This document shows positions 23,544 to 37,972 of a DNA stretch of 64,000 bases, in pieces. The notes beneath the pieces are model-generated. The model was not told where the DNA came from. It searched no databases and saw nothing but the letters and a program-made list of their open reading frames with translations. Numbering within the stretch: the stretch's first letter is position 1; the number at the start of each line of letters is the position of its first letter. This DNA comes from Moniliella sp. 'wahieum' (taxonomy: Eukaryota): assembly GCA_003971905.1 (NCBI GenBank), contig RSEE01000036.1:62001-126000 (forward strand), read 5' to 3'. Both the position numbers and the translations under genes were made by a program.

Positions 23544-26500
23544 ATGGGCGGCTCAATGGCCCAAGCGTCGGCGGCCGACGATGGCGCTGCAGCCGAGGCG
23601 GTGGCCGTCGCGCCCGGCGCCGCCGCCCCAATCGACGCAGCCCCGCCGTCGCACCCCCCACCGCCCGCCGCGATGGCCGCCTCCGCCCCCACGTGGCACC
23701 CCGAGCTGACGTCGTTTGGGCTGCTGCGCGACGCCAACGAGGCAGCGCCCTCGGCGCTCTCGTCGCTGCTCAGCCGCGTCCGCTCGGCCTTTGCGCCGGC
23801 GTCCGACTCGGCTCCCCACACACGCCAGCCCCCCCTCCAGCCCGGCGGACATTCCTTCGCCCTTGGCGGTGGCCACCCGCCCCGCGCTCGCCTCCACATC
23901 CCACCTGCCCGCCTCTACCCCTCCGCCGTCCGACTCCACCCCCCCCGCATCCAGTGTCCCCACGCACACACGCACCCGCACCCCACATCCCCTCCGCCCC
24001 CGCTCACCAGCTCGCCCCGCCGCTCTCTCCTCCGTCCGCACCTCGCGCATCTCGCGCAACGGCTTACTCCCTTTCCCTGCCATGGGTCCCTCTGCCGTGG
24101 CCAGCGCCACCGTCACACCTGCGTTTGCCGCCCCATCCCGCACACGTACCTTCAGTGCCGCTAGCGGGGCACCATGATCACCTTTGATGAGGATGCTGTG
24201 CCCGAGAGCCCACCCGGCGCAGGGTATGGTGATGACGCACGCTGGATATGACCATGGCCGGGGGACATGCCCCCACTCGTCTGTCCCGGGCTTCCCTCTG
24301 AGCCGGGATATCCTGGCTGACGATGCTCGTTCGATGTTCTCGGTGAGCGTATTGAGTGAATCTCCTCTGACCACACTCCCTTCTTCTCCGGCGCCGGCCA
24401 CCCCGACACACGTTACTGCCTCGGCCCCGCTCGCGCCTGGGCCAAGTGCAGCGCTGCATGGCCTGCGCTCCAACCAGGGGTGCGCGTACCCAGCGAAGGG
24501 CTGAGCAGCACCAGTATTGGATGTCGGACGACGCGGTAAAGGAGTGCAGGGAATGCCTTTCCCCCTTCACCGCTTCCGGAGGAAGCATCACTGTCGTCTG
24601 TGTGGGCAGATTTTTTGTGCCCGTTGCGCCTCCCACATTCTCCCCGGTGCACGGTTCAACCGCCCCAAGGTGGCGAGGGTACGGGTGTGCAACCAGTGCA
24701 TGCGCCGATCGGGCGGCGGCCACCACCTGCCCTCGGAGCGACACTCCTCCTCCCCCGAACGGGGGGAGTCTCCGCGCTCTCCCCCTCTCACTCCCCGACC
24801 TTCGCTCGGACGCACAGCCGCCCCCTTATATCGGCTCCTCTTGAAGCTCAAGTAGAGACCCCTCAGTCGCAGTTTGCTGCCAACCATCTATTTGCCCGGA
24901 GTAGCGTTAAGGCTACCCGTGCCGAGGCAGTGGCGTCTCTATTGCGCGACGCTGGGATTGCACCTCTGGCTGCGGCCTCTGCGTCTCTGGAGGACGATTT
25001 GGACCCCCTTCCCGATGTTGACCTGGCTTCTTTGTTGCAGCCTGACCCGGCCGATCCGCGGGTCCGGCTCGTGACAGGCCACATTGCCCGTCCTCTGGGC
25101 ACGCAGGAGGTTCCTACCGATTGGCCCGAGGAGTTGGGGGTGCAAGTGCATGGTGCGCCCGGTGGATCGGAGGCTGCCGCCGCTGCCCAACTTCTCCCGG
25201 CCGACACGGTGGGTGCGGTGGGCATGCGAGCTGCTTCGCTTGTACATCTTCGTTGCTTAGCGGCCCAGATGTTGCAAGAAGCGCGTGTGCCCCAGTGGCA
25301 AGTCTGGCTCGGGGTGTTGCTCCCGCTTGCGTGGCAGGCAGTGGCACGTGTCAAGCCCAATGTGCCCCAGGGGGATAGCATGGATATCCGCAAGTACGTC
25401 AAGTCAAGCGTCTGCCTGGTGGCGTGCCTACCGATACGTCCTACATCTACGGTTTTGTCACCAACAAGCAGTCGCCACCAAGACCATGCAGCGCTCACTC
25501 CCACTTGTCAATGCACGCGTTATGATCGTCTCGTTTCCAATTGCGTATGGCTCGGGTGCTCCGAGGGCGTTGAGTACGTATCGCTCGACCACCTCGTTGC
25601 GCAGGAGCAGAGTACACTCGTGTTCTTGTCCGACGCATATTGGCCCTTAGGCCGCACCTCCTCGTGGCCCAGGATACGGTGTCGCGCTCAGCTATGGACC
25701 TTCTCGAGGCAGCTGGGGTGGTTGTAGTTTTTGACCTCAAGCCAGCGCAGTCCAAGCGATTGCGCGCAGCACCCAAGCAGAAATCATTACCTCCATTGAC
25801 CGATTTGCGCTCCACCCACGACTTGGACGGTAGCCATGTTTGATGTGCGCACCTACACGCTCACTGGTATGCCCGAAGCAACCAAGCCCCTGATGCGCTT
25901 CGAGGGGCCTAATCGCATGACTTCGGCACGGTTCTCTTGCGGGCGAAGGCCCTCGCCCTGCGCAAAATCAAGATTATCTTCCACTTCTGGTCTATGCCGC
26001 GCGCAATCTCTACCTTGAGGAACGGCTTTTAACTGACCAGGGCGCTACTTTCATGGGCCCACTCCACCTGAGAAGGGCGCACCATGCGCTCGCTGCGGTT
26101 CCGGCTACCAAACTGTTACATGCTGCCAAGCGGAGTCACGCCCATCCCACCTCGATCCAAGCCCCAGACCTTAACGGTAGTCGTCCCCATTTTCCCCGCC
26201 ACACCCGCGCCCTGCTCGACATGTACGACCGGATCATTGTGGATGTCAGTGCATGTGTGCGGATCCCCCCTCCCTACCCACTGTTTAAGCTACAAGAGTC
26301 GCTGGCGACACTTGAGCGACTCAAGCAGCTGTTCGATGAAGAGGAGGTCGCGCGCATTCGGGCAGGAGAACAAAGGGACGCGTTGGCAGCCAAGCTTACG
26401 ATCCCCCCACCGGCAGAGGAGGCCAAGGAGGCTGATAAAGGTACATCTAATGCACCGCTCGCCCAGTCCCCCAGCCTTTCACCGTCACCCCGGGGGAACC

Positions 26501-29500
26501 ATGCACCTTGGAGGAAGCAGCAGCAGCTGGCTTATCTGTCCCCCCCGTTCCAGACCCAAGCAAACTGCACCCACCTGTGCCAGGGAAGCTGCAAGCCAGT
26601 TCGTCCGCGCCTACCGTGCCCACGCTTGCCAACAGCGCCGCACCGCTCCCACTCACGCCAACTGTATCCCCACGCAGCGCCAGTGGGGGAAGCATTCCTT
26701 CCGATGGCCAGGCGGGGGTGGCACCTGCGGGGGTGGTCAACCCTGCTCCTACCTCCACCCCCGTGGGGGCGCAGTGGCAGTGGCCAGGCCGAAGCCTCGC
26801 GGGCAGACCTGAGCAAGGTGTTGCAGAACCCGGATGATGTGCTCCGCCAGGCCGAGTTCACCCAGGAACAGTTACACTTTGGCCAGTACCTTGCTTCGTG
26901 GGAAGCCTATCTCCTCCGCTGTCCAGGCAACATTAGTCCCCTCGCACACCAGAACTGACTGTCCTCGCGAGCAAAATGAGTTTGCCCGCCCGCGGCCTTG
27001 CTTGCCTCCTTCCCTGGTGAGGATGACGTACTACGGAGAGGGAGATATGACGCTGGGCCAGTTTTTGGAGAAGGCCTGTGCGCAGGCATCCTCTCCTTGC
27101 CGGTCCCATGGGTGCGGGCAGGATGAGATCTTGCATTACTATGCTTATGCGCATGGAGACGTTCGAGTTCAAGTTGTCCCCGAGAGGTTTGTCTGTCCCG
27201 TACCAGGGCAGGAACAGGTACTGCTTACCTGGACGTACTGCAAGACATGTAGCACGGCGACGCGTGTGGCAAGAGTAGGTGCGTCGTGGGCCTATTCCTG
27301 GGCCAAGTTCCTTGCTCTGCACCTCTACGCAAGGGGGAGAGTGGCGTCCTCAGCCTGTCCCCACGACGAGTTTACAGACCATGTACGGTACTTTGCGTTG
27401 CGCAACTTGGCCATCCGCGTACATGCCGATATCATAACTCCCTTGAAGTGCGTGTGCCGGCACTGCAACTCTTCACTCGTCCCGACACAGCAGCACGAAT
27501 GAAGAACGAGACGGCACTTGCCATTTCGCATCGTGCCACGTCGTTCTGGGACTCGGTCGAGACCCGCATCTCGGCCTTGCACACCGAGTTGATGCTCGAC
27601 TCGCGCACAGAGAAGGAAAAGGAAAAGGAGCGCCGGGATTCGTCTCTAGTACGCTGCCCTGCCACACAATGGTGCTCATACATTACCTCTTGGCACCCCC
27701 AATCCTTACTCGGGACCTACCGCCAACCCCACGCTTGGAATCTGCACCGCTGTTCTTGCTGACTTTGAGGCGTCGGCCAAGAGAGACCGCGCTGAGATTG
27801 CCCGGTTGCTCGTGAGCACATACGAAGAGGTACGTCTGCCTTCCATCCTTTGTGTAGAGCATCCCATTGACACCATTGACACTTTTCTAGACCCCTATGA
27901 CGAGCACGTTACCTCTGAGCAGTGTAATGCGGCAATTGCAAGAGAAGGTGGTGACGTGGGACTCGGCCTTTATCGACTTTGAACGACACTACCTTGGGCC
28001 CGAACGTGAGAAGCGGCCGCCAGTCCAACCGCTGAAACGAATCTTTTCCGAAAAAGATCGGGCTACTCCTTCGCCTACCCCCGCTCCGGCTCCGACACGG
28101 AACGGACAGAGAAAGAGGAGGAGATGGAGACGGAGAAGCCGCGGTTGAAGCCGCTCCCTCCGCCGGGGATTATGGGTCCGCCTCCCCTCCCTACCCCGGC
28201 GTCAGAAGCTCCTTCGGCAGCCTTATCCATCGAAGCGGCCTTAGGCGCGAAAGATCATGCTGGCCGTCGACCTTCTTCGATTGTGGTCTCCCCTCCTTCT
28301 GTTTCAGATGCGGTCGGCTTCCCTCCCGAAGGTACGGACGCCGAGGTTTCGCAGGAAGGTGGGGAAGTACCGCGCAAGGAGCGGGAGGATAAGAAGGCCC
28401 GTAAGAAAGAAGGCAAGGAGGCGAAAGATTCCAAGGAAGGGAAGGAATCGAAGGACGCCAAGGACGCCAAGGACGCAAAAGAGGGCAAGGAGACTAGCAA
28501 GAGTGAGAAGGAGGGTAAAGACGTTCCCGTTCCCCCAAGGGTGGCAAAGACGGGGTGGTCAAGGAGCCAGTCAAGGAGGAGGAACGGGCACAGTGGAGCG
28601 AAAGAAGAAGGACAAAACCTCGGTCGAATCCACACGTAAAGACGTGGCCAGGGGGGCTGAATTCAAAAAGCCCGCTGGCAAGGAGGAGGGCAAGACAGAT
28701 CCCAATCGGTATTGGATTCACGTCGTCGTCCTACCGAGCAGGAGGCTGACGACGTCTCGTCTGGCTTGCCTGAGCGTGGAAGGGGTACTGTCCGTGCTGC
28801 CGTTTCCCACTCTCGGGCGGGGAGCACAGAGCTGGATACTTTTCGGGCGAACGTCGGTTGCGCAGCGTCGTTTCAGCCTCTTCCGTCTTCCGCAGCAGCG
28901 TAGCTCCCACCTCCCTTCGTACGTCAAAAAGCGCCCCGGCCAACTCAACTTGGCTTCCACCGTGCCCTCAGCTGCAGCTTGGCGCCGGTCTCGGGCCGGT
29001 GGCGCATCAGGACCCTCATCTCCTGGTAACGCAAAGGGCTCTCCTCTCCGCCACCGCTTTTCCCAGGTGGAGGACAGCTCGACGGATCCAGAGGGGAAGC
29101 ACGTTCGTGGCCTTGTGAGGCAATTTGACCACCCGGGATCCGATGAGCGACGCACGTCGACAATCAGCATCAAGGAGGGCAGTTCGCGCCGTAATTCCTC
29201 CTCGCGTCGCTTGGCACGCACGTACCGCGCCGACTCGGATTTGACGGATACAACTGAGGGCAGGAGTCGAACGGGTCCGGGTCCGGGTCCGGGTCCGGGT
29301 CCGGGTCCGGGTCCGGGTCCGGGTCCGGGTCCGGGTCCGGGTTCGGGTCCGGGTGCAGCGCCGCCTCGTCGTGTCCCATCCCAGGCGCCTTCGCGCGCGA
29401 CTTCCCCCTCCCATCGCCGACCGACTACGTTGCGGACTTCGAGCTACAGTCGTCCTTGTCCGGACCGGGTTCGGCCGTCGGGGATGAGAGTCGTGTCGGG

Positions 29501-31311
29501 GGTGCAAGATCGGAGACGAGAGTCGGTCACAACAGTCCGTCCAAGGGAGACCATCCGACGTTCGGGCGTGGGAGGCACCAAAGTTTCCACCATGGCTAGG
29601 CATTATAACCGGATGAGCCGGGATGCCGAACGCGAGCAGAATCGACAACGACTTATTCTCGCCGCCCGCATGCGCCGTGTCCAGCCGGTCACGTACGCCA
29701 AGCTAAAGTCAAGGTGTTTGATAACGTGCGCGAAGCCCTGGTGGTCCGTGACGAGGACTCTTCTTCCGAGTCGACCGCCTCGGACGGCCAGGCTAGTCTC
29801 AAGACAGGGGCTGATGCGGATGCGGATAATGAGGACGAGCTCTCTTCCGATGGATCAGAGTCGGACACAACCACAGCACCTGAGGCTACGACCTCCGCAG
29901 GGCCCACTTCTGAAGGGGTGCATCTGCCAGCGAGGGGAGGCCGAGTGTGGACTCGGTGGCCCAGCAAGGTTCCGATGTGCCTTCCACAACCCCCGTTCGA
30001 GATCGAGAAAATGGGGAAGCTGAAGAAACCAAGACGTCTGCCAGTGCGCTTCCGCCTAGCCGAAGAGACTCGGCTTTCTCAGAGGCCGAGACTGCACATC
30101 AAGAGAAGAATTTGCTGCTCAAGGCGCTTAGTGGGTTATGGATGATGCGCAGTGGCGCGCCAGCGCCGCAACTCGAGTACCCCATGGCCCCTACCGAACA
30201 CGTTTTGCCGACAGCCAAGTGATTGTACGGGAAGAGGAAACCGTCAAGTATCATTGCCTTCACCCTCTCTTGTTCGAACTACCAAGAGAAGATGCGTAGC
30301 TTGTCCAACCCCGGAGGCAATGCAGAAGCGCCTTCCGAAGCGGGAGGGAAGAGGGCCCTCTCACCCGTTCCTAATGTGGGAAACGAACCTCGTCTCTTCC
30401 CCCCACCTCCGCCACCCACGCCCGCGCAGCTGGAGGCGACTTTATGCCAGCCCGACGGCACTCATCTCCGATTCGAGTTCGAATCGGTTCGTCGCGCTTA
30501 TGGTGCCGCATATTTTATGCCGAGCAGTTTGAGGCGCTTCGACGAAGTGCTGGGTGCGAAGAGTCAATCAACGAGTCACTCTCTCGTTGCGTTCCTTGGG
30601 AGTCGGCGGGAGGGAAAAGTGGGGCTGCGTTTCTGAAAACACGGGATGACCGGTTGGTGGTCAAGCAGCTGAGTCGATATGAGATGGATGCGTTTTCCAA
30701 GTTTGCCCCTCACTACTTTCAGTACATGTCTGCGTGTTTTTATCATGATCGACCCACGACGTTGGCCAAGATCTTTGGGTGTTTCCGATTTGGATTCAAA
30801 AACCCCCAGACGGGCAAGTCGCTCAAGATGGATTGCCTTGTGCTGGAAAACCTCTTCTACGGTAACAAGATGTCGAATATTTGGGATCTCAAAGGCTCGA
30901 CGCGCAACCGCTATGTCCAGCCCACGGGGCGGGCGAACGAAGTGCTGCAGGACGAGAACTTCCTAGAGATGACGTACCAGAACCGCTGTTTGTGCGGGAA
31001 CATTCCAAGCGCACGCTCCAAGCTGCATTGTGGAACGACTCGCTCTTCCTGGCCGACATGAACGTGATGGACTACTCGCTAGTGGTGGGCTTGGACCAGC
31101 AACGCGGCGAGCTCGGTCGTTGGCATGATTGATATTGTGCGCACGTTCGTGGGCAAGCGCGTGGAAAGTTTTGTCAAGGATGGACTTTTCCACTCGGAAA
31201 GGGGAACCTACTGTGATTACTCCCCGCCAATACCGATCTCGCTTCCTTGCCTTTCTCGGCCGCGCTTTTCTCCTTACTCCAGACCCTTGGCTGCCCCCTT
31301 CGTGGGGGTGA
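23544..31311 (+). CDS. FAB1: 1-phosphatidylinositol-3-phosphate 5-kinase Fab1/PIKfyve (many indels; intron 27830-27890)
   Basis: FYVE (YWMSDDAVKECREC..FRRKHHCRLCGQIFC), CCT-like (GDSMDIRKYVK), Cys-rich (DMTLGQFL, TWTYCKTC, CPHD), kinase (GGKSGAAFLKTRDDRLVVKQLS, DLKGSTRNR, VMDYSLVVG, EPTVITPRQYRSRF). Confidence 0.95.
29273..29354 (+). repeat. (GGGTCC)n coding microsatellite, (GP)n in Fab1 linker
   Basis: About 13 hexamer units, one variant. Confidence 0.95.
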
Positions 31312-31922
31312 CCGGTGACCCTGTTCGCTATTATTTCTTCGCTTGCTATCCTGGCCTGCAGTTTTGTCCTAGCTTTCTAGCGTTGTGCGCCTTACCCTCT
31401 CCCCCACCCCCCCGCGTCTCCCAAAATAGTAGCCGAGCCGAGGGTTATATATGATCGATTCGAGCCCGAGGCAGCCTTGGGCGTCCAAGTGCCGGCAGCA
31501 CGAAACGAGTTGGGCTGTTGCTGGAGCCGATGTATACGTATAGGGCGTAAGAGTGTGGTGGTATAGGAACTGAGTGTGGGTGTGGGTGAACGCAGCTGTG
31601 GCCGGGTGCTGGCACCGACGGCAAGCAAGCTCGTGGATGGGAGATGGGATGCCAAGCTGCCGCGGCCAAGATGGGAGATGGGAGATGGGAGATGGGAGGG
31701 GCAAGCACTTGAAATTTGCAGATCCCCCCTGACTAGTGACATCATGCGTCACGTGGGAGGTGTCGCCCTCACGTAAGGTGCGCCGACGTGGCACTGCCCC
31801 TGTCCCAGGCCCTACATGAGGCTGCTCCTGGGCGCCCCAGCACGCAGCCACCACCGCAGCCCATCGACCATCCCTTTCCCCCCATCTCCCATCTCCCATC
31901 TCCCGCCGTCCCCCGTCCCACC

Positions 31923-33539
31923 ATGGCCGCCCCGTCCCCACTGGGTAACCTAACGACGATCATCAAGCGCCTTGAGGCCGCCACCTCTCGTCTCGAGGAC
32001 CTGGCTGAGGCCCAGCAGGCTGCTGGCGCCCCCACGGCGCCGTTGCCCTCGGTGGCCCCCGCTGTTCCGGCTGTTGCCGCCGGCGCAGTTGCCGGGGCTG
32101 CTGGAGCAGCGGCTGGCTCTGGAGGTGCCCTCGCCCCTCCTCCTCCTCCTCCACCGCCCCCCCTCCTGCGGCTGAACCTGCTGCGCCCGCTCAGCCCGAG
32201 GAGCCCAAGGTGGTGGAAGCGTTTGACGAAGCAGTCAACGAGCCGCTGGCCAAGTTTGTGGAGCTGAGCAACCAGATCGGTGGACTGGTGGCTGATCAAG
32301 CGCGTGACTTTGCCAAGACGTTTGAGGCGCAGCGTGCGCTTATCTGGACTGCTGCAGAGAGCAAGAAGCCAGCGGAGGGATTTGCGACGCCTGGGAGCCA
32401 AGAGTTGCTCAAGCCGTTGCAGGACGCCGTGATGGCCACCACCGAGGTACGCGAGAAGAACCGTGCGGAGCGCAAACTGTTCAACCACCTCTCTGCCGTT
32501 TCGGAAGGCGTGCCCGCTGTGGGTTGGGTAGCGGTCGAGCCCAAGCCTGCTCCGTTTGTAGGCGAAATGAAGGACGCGGCGCAGTTTTACTCCAACCGTG
32601 TGATCAAGGAGTTTAAGGACGTGGACAAGACCCATGTTGAATGGACCCGGGCACTAGCGGCGCTTCTTACCGCACTTCAGGCGTACGTCAAGCAGTACCA
32701 CACTACGGGGTTGGTGTGGAACCCTAAGGGTGGTGATGCGCTCTCGTTTAAAGTGCCCGGGGCTGCTGCCGGGGCGACTGCTGCTCCCCCTGCGCCTCCT
32801 GCGCCCCCTGCCCCGCCTGGTGCCCCTGTGCCTCCTCCTCCTCCTCCCGTTGCCGCATCTGCCCCTGCAGGCAGCATGGATGCTGTCTTTGCGCAGTTGA
32901 ACCAGGGCGAGGGGATCACCAAGGCGCTCAAGAAGGTGGACGAATCGCAGAAGACCCACAAGAACCCCGAGTTGCGCGGCCATACGGACAGTTCGAACCC
33001 GCATGCAACTGCATCTGCGCGGCCCAAGGTGCCGTCGAAGCCGGCCTCGTTGCGGGCTAAGAAGCCACCCGTCTTGGCTCTGGAGGGCAACAAGTGGATC
33101 GTGGAGAACCAAGAGAACGAGCGGAACATTGTCATCAAGGACACCGAGTTGGGCCACACGATCAATATCTTCCATTGCACCTCGACCACCGTCCAGGTCA
33201 AGGGCAAGGTGAACCAAATCAACATTGTGGGGTACTAAGCTCTCGCTCGTATTTGATTCGGTAGTGGCTTCGGTTGACATTACTCGCTCGCCTTCGTTTG
33301 AGGTGCAGGTGACGGGCAAAGTGCCTACCATTCTCCTGGACGGGTGCGACTCGGGCCAGGTTTACCTCTCGGCAGAATCGCTCGACGTGGACATTGTTAC
33401 GGCCAAGTGCTCGGCCATCAACGTCTCGGTCCCCAAGGAAGGATCGGACGAGTTCACAGAGCTTGCCCTGCCGGAACAGATGAAGCACACCTTCCCCGGT
33501 GGCAAGCTCCAGACGGAGATTGTGGCGCATGCTGGCTGA
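31923..33539 (+). CDS. SRV2: Adenylyl cyclase-associated protein CAP/Srv2
   Basis: IIKRLEAATSRLEDLA, FNHLSAVSEG, AAQFYSNRVIKEFK, YVKQYHTTGLVWN, LKKVDESQKTHKNPELR, EGNKWIVEN, EIVAHAG*. Confidence 0.95.
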
Positions 33540-34059
33540 ACTTTAATTTGAAGGTCGAAGGTTGAAGGTTGACGCCTCGTTCCCTGCTTACCACCAATGT
33601 ATGTATCCTGCTATATCACCACAATGCACTCGACCTAGCCCTTCACTTCCCGCCCCCCCGTGTCCCCCAACTTGAGGTAGTAATGGTGGAACGCCTGGCC
33701 TGTGCACTGTCACACAGCCCCAGCCAGGCAGCTGGTGCGTTGCCTCACTTTACATGTACAACCTATGGCAAAACAATGCCTTGACTCTACCACGTTTTGC
33801 TCTCTGGCCTTCTTGATGCATTGCAAAGAGCTGCCAGATCCCTTGGGTGTTTGGATTGGCTCAACTAGTACTGACTATCAAGTTCCCCGGGGGGAAATGT
33901 CTACTTAGCCCGGTTTCCAGGCGTGATACCATGCGCAGTTGGCCTCCGGATGAGGCATGCGATGCAGTCCATCTTTTGCGTGGTAACTTGGCTATCATTC
34001 CCACCAACATCAATATACTAGCATACACCAGGTATAACCCATCAGTCCATGAAACCCCA

Positions 34060-35371
34060 TTAGCTCTTGGCAAGCGGTGGCCTCGAGGGGTCCTTGGACG
34101 CCTCATTGGGCGATGCCGCGGTAGACTGATCGTGTTCGGAAGTAGGCAAGGGCGAACTGGAGCGGGAAGTGGGGGGGGAAGGGCTGCTGGCGTTATTCCT
34201 ATCGGACGCAGAACCAATGTGGAGTCCAGCCAGGCTCTCAAGCAGGCCCTCAGCCTCCACATTTTCCTCGATAGGCAGTGGCAGTGGCACCTCTGAAGTG
34301 CTCTTAGAGAGGTCTTTGTCCGTGGCAGCTTCTACCGCGCCAGCTGCGGTATCTTGGGCCGTTTCCCCAGCCTCGTCCTCCGCTGAGGGCGTTGGCACCA
34401 GAGGGTCCGTAACAAGGCCCACATCTGCCGCAGCCTTCGCTGCGGCCTGTCCTGCCGAGGGTGGGGGGTGGCGGCATCTGCACGGCTCTCGTGCCGATGT
34501 AGGTTGGCAGCATGAATCCTATCCAGGTCTTGTTCCCAGCCAAGCAACTTGGTCAACTGCCGAACCACATCATCGCAGCTTCCCAACAACGCCACGTCGT
34601 TCCCGCGCCCGGTGGAACGGAAACGGAACTTGTTCCCAGCTGGGTATAGGTCTCTGTTAATGAGAACTGAGGTGGCTCCTTTTTTGGCAGAGTAGATCAG
34701 GCTTCCAAACGGGTCGACCACCAGGCTGGTACCCAAAACGAGGATAATATCGGCGCGCTCGACATCGTCCATGTGATCAAAGAATCGGGCGGGCAATCCT
34801 TCTCCGAAAAAGACAATGTCGGGTTTTACCAAGCCTGCCTCGCCGCGCGCTTTGAGGGCGGAGCAGGAGGGGCTTTCGCAGCGCGCAACCGTGCCGCGGA
34901 GAACGTGTGCCTTGACCCGTGCCGCGTCGGCGAGGGAGCGACAGGCAATGCAGCTGGCAGTGGCAAAGGAACCATGCGCCTCGACCAGCTTGTCTTCCGG
35001 CACGCCGGCCGCCCGCTCCAGACCATCGATGTTCTGTGTGAGGAGGGTGAGGAGGCGCTGCTTGTGGTGGAGAAGGGCGTAGAAACTGTGGGTCAGGGTG
35101 GGGGGGTAATTGACGCCGGGCCAGAGGTCGCGGGCCAGAGTGAAGAATGGCTGTGGCCGCTCTTCAAAATACTCGAGATCGAATACAGCCTCTGGATAGG
35201 GAAGGTCGTACGCAGCCAAATTGGCATAGAGCCCAGTCCCGGGGCTGCGGAAGTCGGGAATGCCGGCCGAGGTAGAGGTGCCGGCGCCGGCAAGGACAAC
35301 GACGCGCTTCTTGGGGTCGCGGAGGAGGGCGGCGACGTGCTCCAAGTCGGCAGGAGAGGTGATGGCGGCAT
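34060..35371 (-). CDS. HST2: NAD-dependent deacetylase, class I sirtuin (Hst2/SIRT2-like)
   Basis: GAGTSTSAGIPDFRSPGTGLYANL, TQNIDGLE, VEAHGSF, CxxC..CxxxxC, VKPDIVFFGE, GTSLVVDPF; ends approximate because of indels. Confidence 0.9.
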
Positions 35372-36203
35372 GGGGCGGAGCAGGCGCTGGACCCGCCGGG
35401 CGAAGGGGATGTGGGGGCGAGGAAGGGATGGTGGCGGTGTGGCGGTGTGGCGGTGTGGTGGTTCTGAAGCGGGGGGGGGGGGGATGGAGGTGGTGGAGGT
35501 GGGAGGGGTGAAAAAAAAATGACGGTGCGGTGGCGGAATGGGACGGGCGGAATAGGGTGTGACGTGCGCTTATCGGGTGGAGCCAAGACTGTGCTGGGGA
35601 TGAAGCGACGGGTGGAATAGCGAAATTAATGGGAATGCCGGTGCTGGTTCGGCGGCGGGAGGCTGCTGCTGAGGCGCTGACGTACCTGCGCTGAGTCAGT
35701 CATAAGATCCGGGCCTGTCCGATGCCTCGTGGCACGGGCGCCCGAGCATCTAAGTGTGCTTACGTGGGACACAGCCTCGCTGCTGGGTGGTGCTGTGATG
35801 CATGATGCATGCGTGCAATGATCAGGTCGATTGCCGGATCGAGTAGGTCTTTTGAATGGCAGGTCTTAGGCCTGCCTTGGGCCGTGGGCCTTAGGCCCGA
35901 TTAGATCGGGTAGCCGGCTTGCTCGCACTATACTGCCGAACCATGCCGACTCTCGCCGTGCCCCCCACTAGCCACTAGCCACTAGCCGCTATCCACTCAG
36001 CACCGGCGCCCGCAGCCGGGATGCGGCAGGAGGGCTCAGTCAATAACCCCACGTGCTCAGCTTGCTCGTCTTGCACTCAGCCTCTCAGCGCAACGTTCGT
36101 ATCCTTCTCAGCAGGCTTCGCTTGCCTCGCCGCCTATTTCGAGCCCATCCCCCCCCCCGCTCCTTCGCCTCTCCCCCTCACCTGCCCTCGCACCCCCCCC
36201 GCC

Positions 36204-37382
36204 ATGGCCTTCATCGCTCGCGACGATCCCCTGCCCCGCGGTGCTTGGGGTGACATCACATGGTGAGCTTCATCCCCCTCCCCACTCCACCCGCTGCCGG
36301 CCACTGCTGACTGTGTAGCACGCTGTACTGGTGCGAGGAGAAGTACCAATGGTCCCGCTGGATCGCCGAGCCAGCCAACACTCTGAGTAGTATGATCTTC
36401 ATCTACCTAGCGTTGTACGGGGCGCGCCAGGTACTCAGAAACCAGATGCAATCGCGCTTCCTCGTGTGTTCCATAGGTACGTCCCCCTCCCCCCCCCTCC
36501 TTTTCTTTGCCGGTGTATTTGTGTTCTGACCACTCCCAGCGCTCGGGATCGTCGGTCTGGGCTCGGTTGCATTCCATGGTTCACTCAAGTACAGTGCCCA
36601 GCTTATGGATGTACGCATCATTCCTCCATGTGTACTTGGCGCGATATCGACTGACGACCATCTTAGGAAATCCCAATGATCTGGGCTGCGAGCGGGTTTG
36701 CCTATTCGGCATACGAAACCAGCCCCACCAAACCCTACCATCCCATCCTGTTGCCTGCCATCTTTATCGGGACCTCGGTTGTCATCCCATTGGCATACGT
36801 GGTTCTCAACAACCCCGTCTTCCACCAAACTGGTACGTCCCAATTCCATCTCCCCGTCTATCATTTCGCTGGTATCACAGTATGGTTCGTGCGCGCACTA
36901 ACCAGGGGCGTCATGCAGCGTATGCGGCTTTACTCCTTTCGGCGGCGGGGCGGGTTCTGTGGCTGCTGTACAGCTCCCGCTCCCCCATGGACCGACACAA
37001 GGTGATTGGAGCGCACCATGTACGCATTGCGCGCAAACTGCTCTTTCTCGGCACGACCGTCTTTCTTCTTGGGTTCCTCATTTGGAACCTAGAGAATGTT
37101 TTTTGTCAACGGCTGCGTGATGCGCGTAACCATCTGCGTGCTCACCATCTTTCCTACCTTGCTCTGTTCCTGCAGGGACACGCCGTCTGGCACTTTTGCA
37201 CTGCCGTCGGTGCATGGCTCCTGGTGCTCAGCCTCGCCCTCGTGGTCGAATCCATCAAACAGGGACCCGAGATCTGGCGCATCGGTCCCTCGGTCTACGG
37301 TGGTGGTTGGATCTTCCCTTGCCTGTATCGCGTTCCCAAAAAGAAGGATACCGAGATCGCATCTGCCAAAAGCACGCAGTGA
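36204..37382 (+). CDS. Alkaline (phyto)ceramidase, multi-intron
   Basis: GAWGDIT, WCEEKYQWSRWIAEPANTLS, VGLGSVAFH, QLMD|EIPMIW, FLIWNLENVFC, LQGHAVWHFCTAVG (CREST family His/Ser residues). Confidence 0.9.
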
Positions 37383-37972
37383 CACAGACATGACCGTTGG
37401 TTGGCTTGCTAATCGAATCTCATCTGTTTTTTTTACACATCGAACGTACCATGATGTCGGTCACTTTTTCGTGTACAGTCGGGGAAAGAACACGGACACA
37501 CTTGATGGATCTTTGATCAACAAGGTGTACGTCATGTGAACTATGCGCGATGGCCGTGGGTACTGTGCGAGTGGGGTATAACCGGCAATACCATGAACAT
37601 CTTTATCCACTTCTGCAGTGAGGCTCAGTAGAGAATAGCAAAGCAAAGATTAGATCTTACATACTTAGTACGCCTCAATGTACTGATGCCAAACTATCAT
37701 GACCAGAGTAATGCGTCCTTGGGATGTGCCGAACGAGGCAATTTTATTCAATGGCGCAGAATGATGGCCAATGAGATCGATGAGGTGATGATGGCTTCAG
37801 CTCATTGAACCTGGTCCCCGACACCCGGCTTCATCCAACCCTGAGCGTCAACGATACTGCTAGGGCCGACGAGAAAGATCGGAAGACCGGACACCGATTA
37901 TGGGCTCAAGTGACGATCGGCTCACCGGCTGCCAGGATCAAGACAACAGCAAGGTCCCCGCTTTCTTTCACG

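Noticed and set aside
35265..35295. Inactive sirtuin because of GAGTS instead of GAGIS
   Set aside because: Single substitution; the catalytic His, zinc cysteines and NAD-binding motifs are intact.
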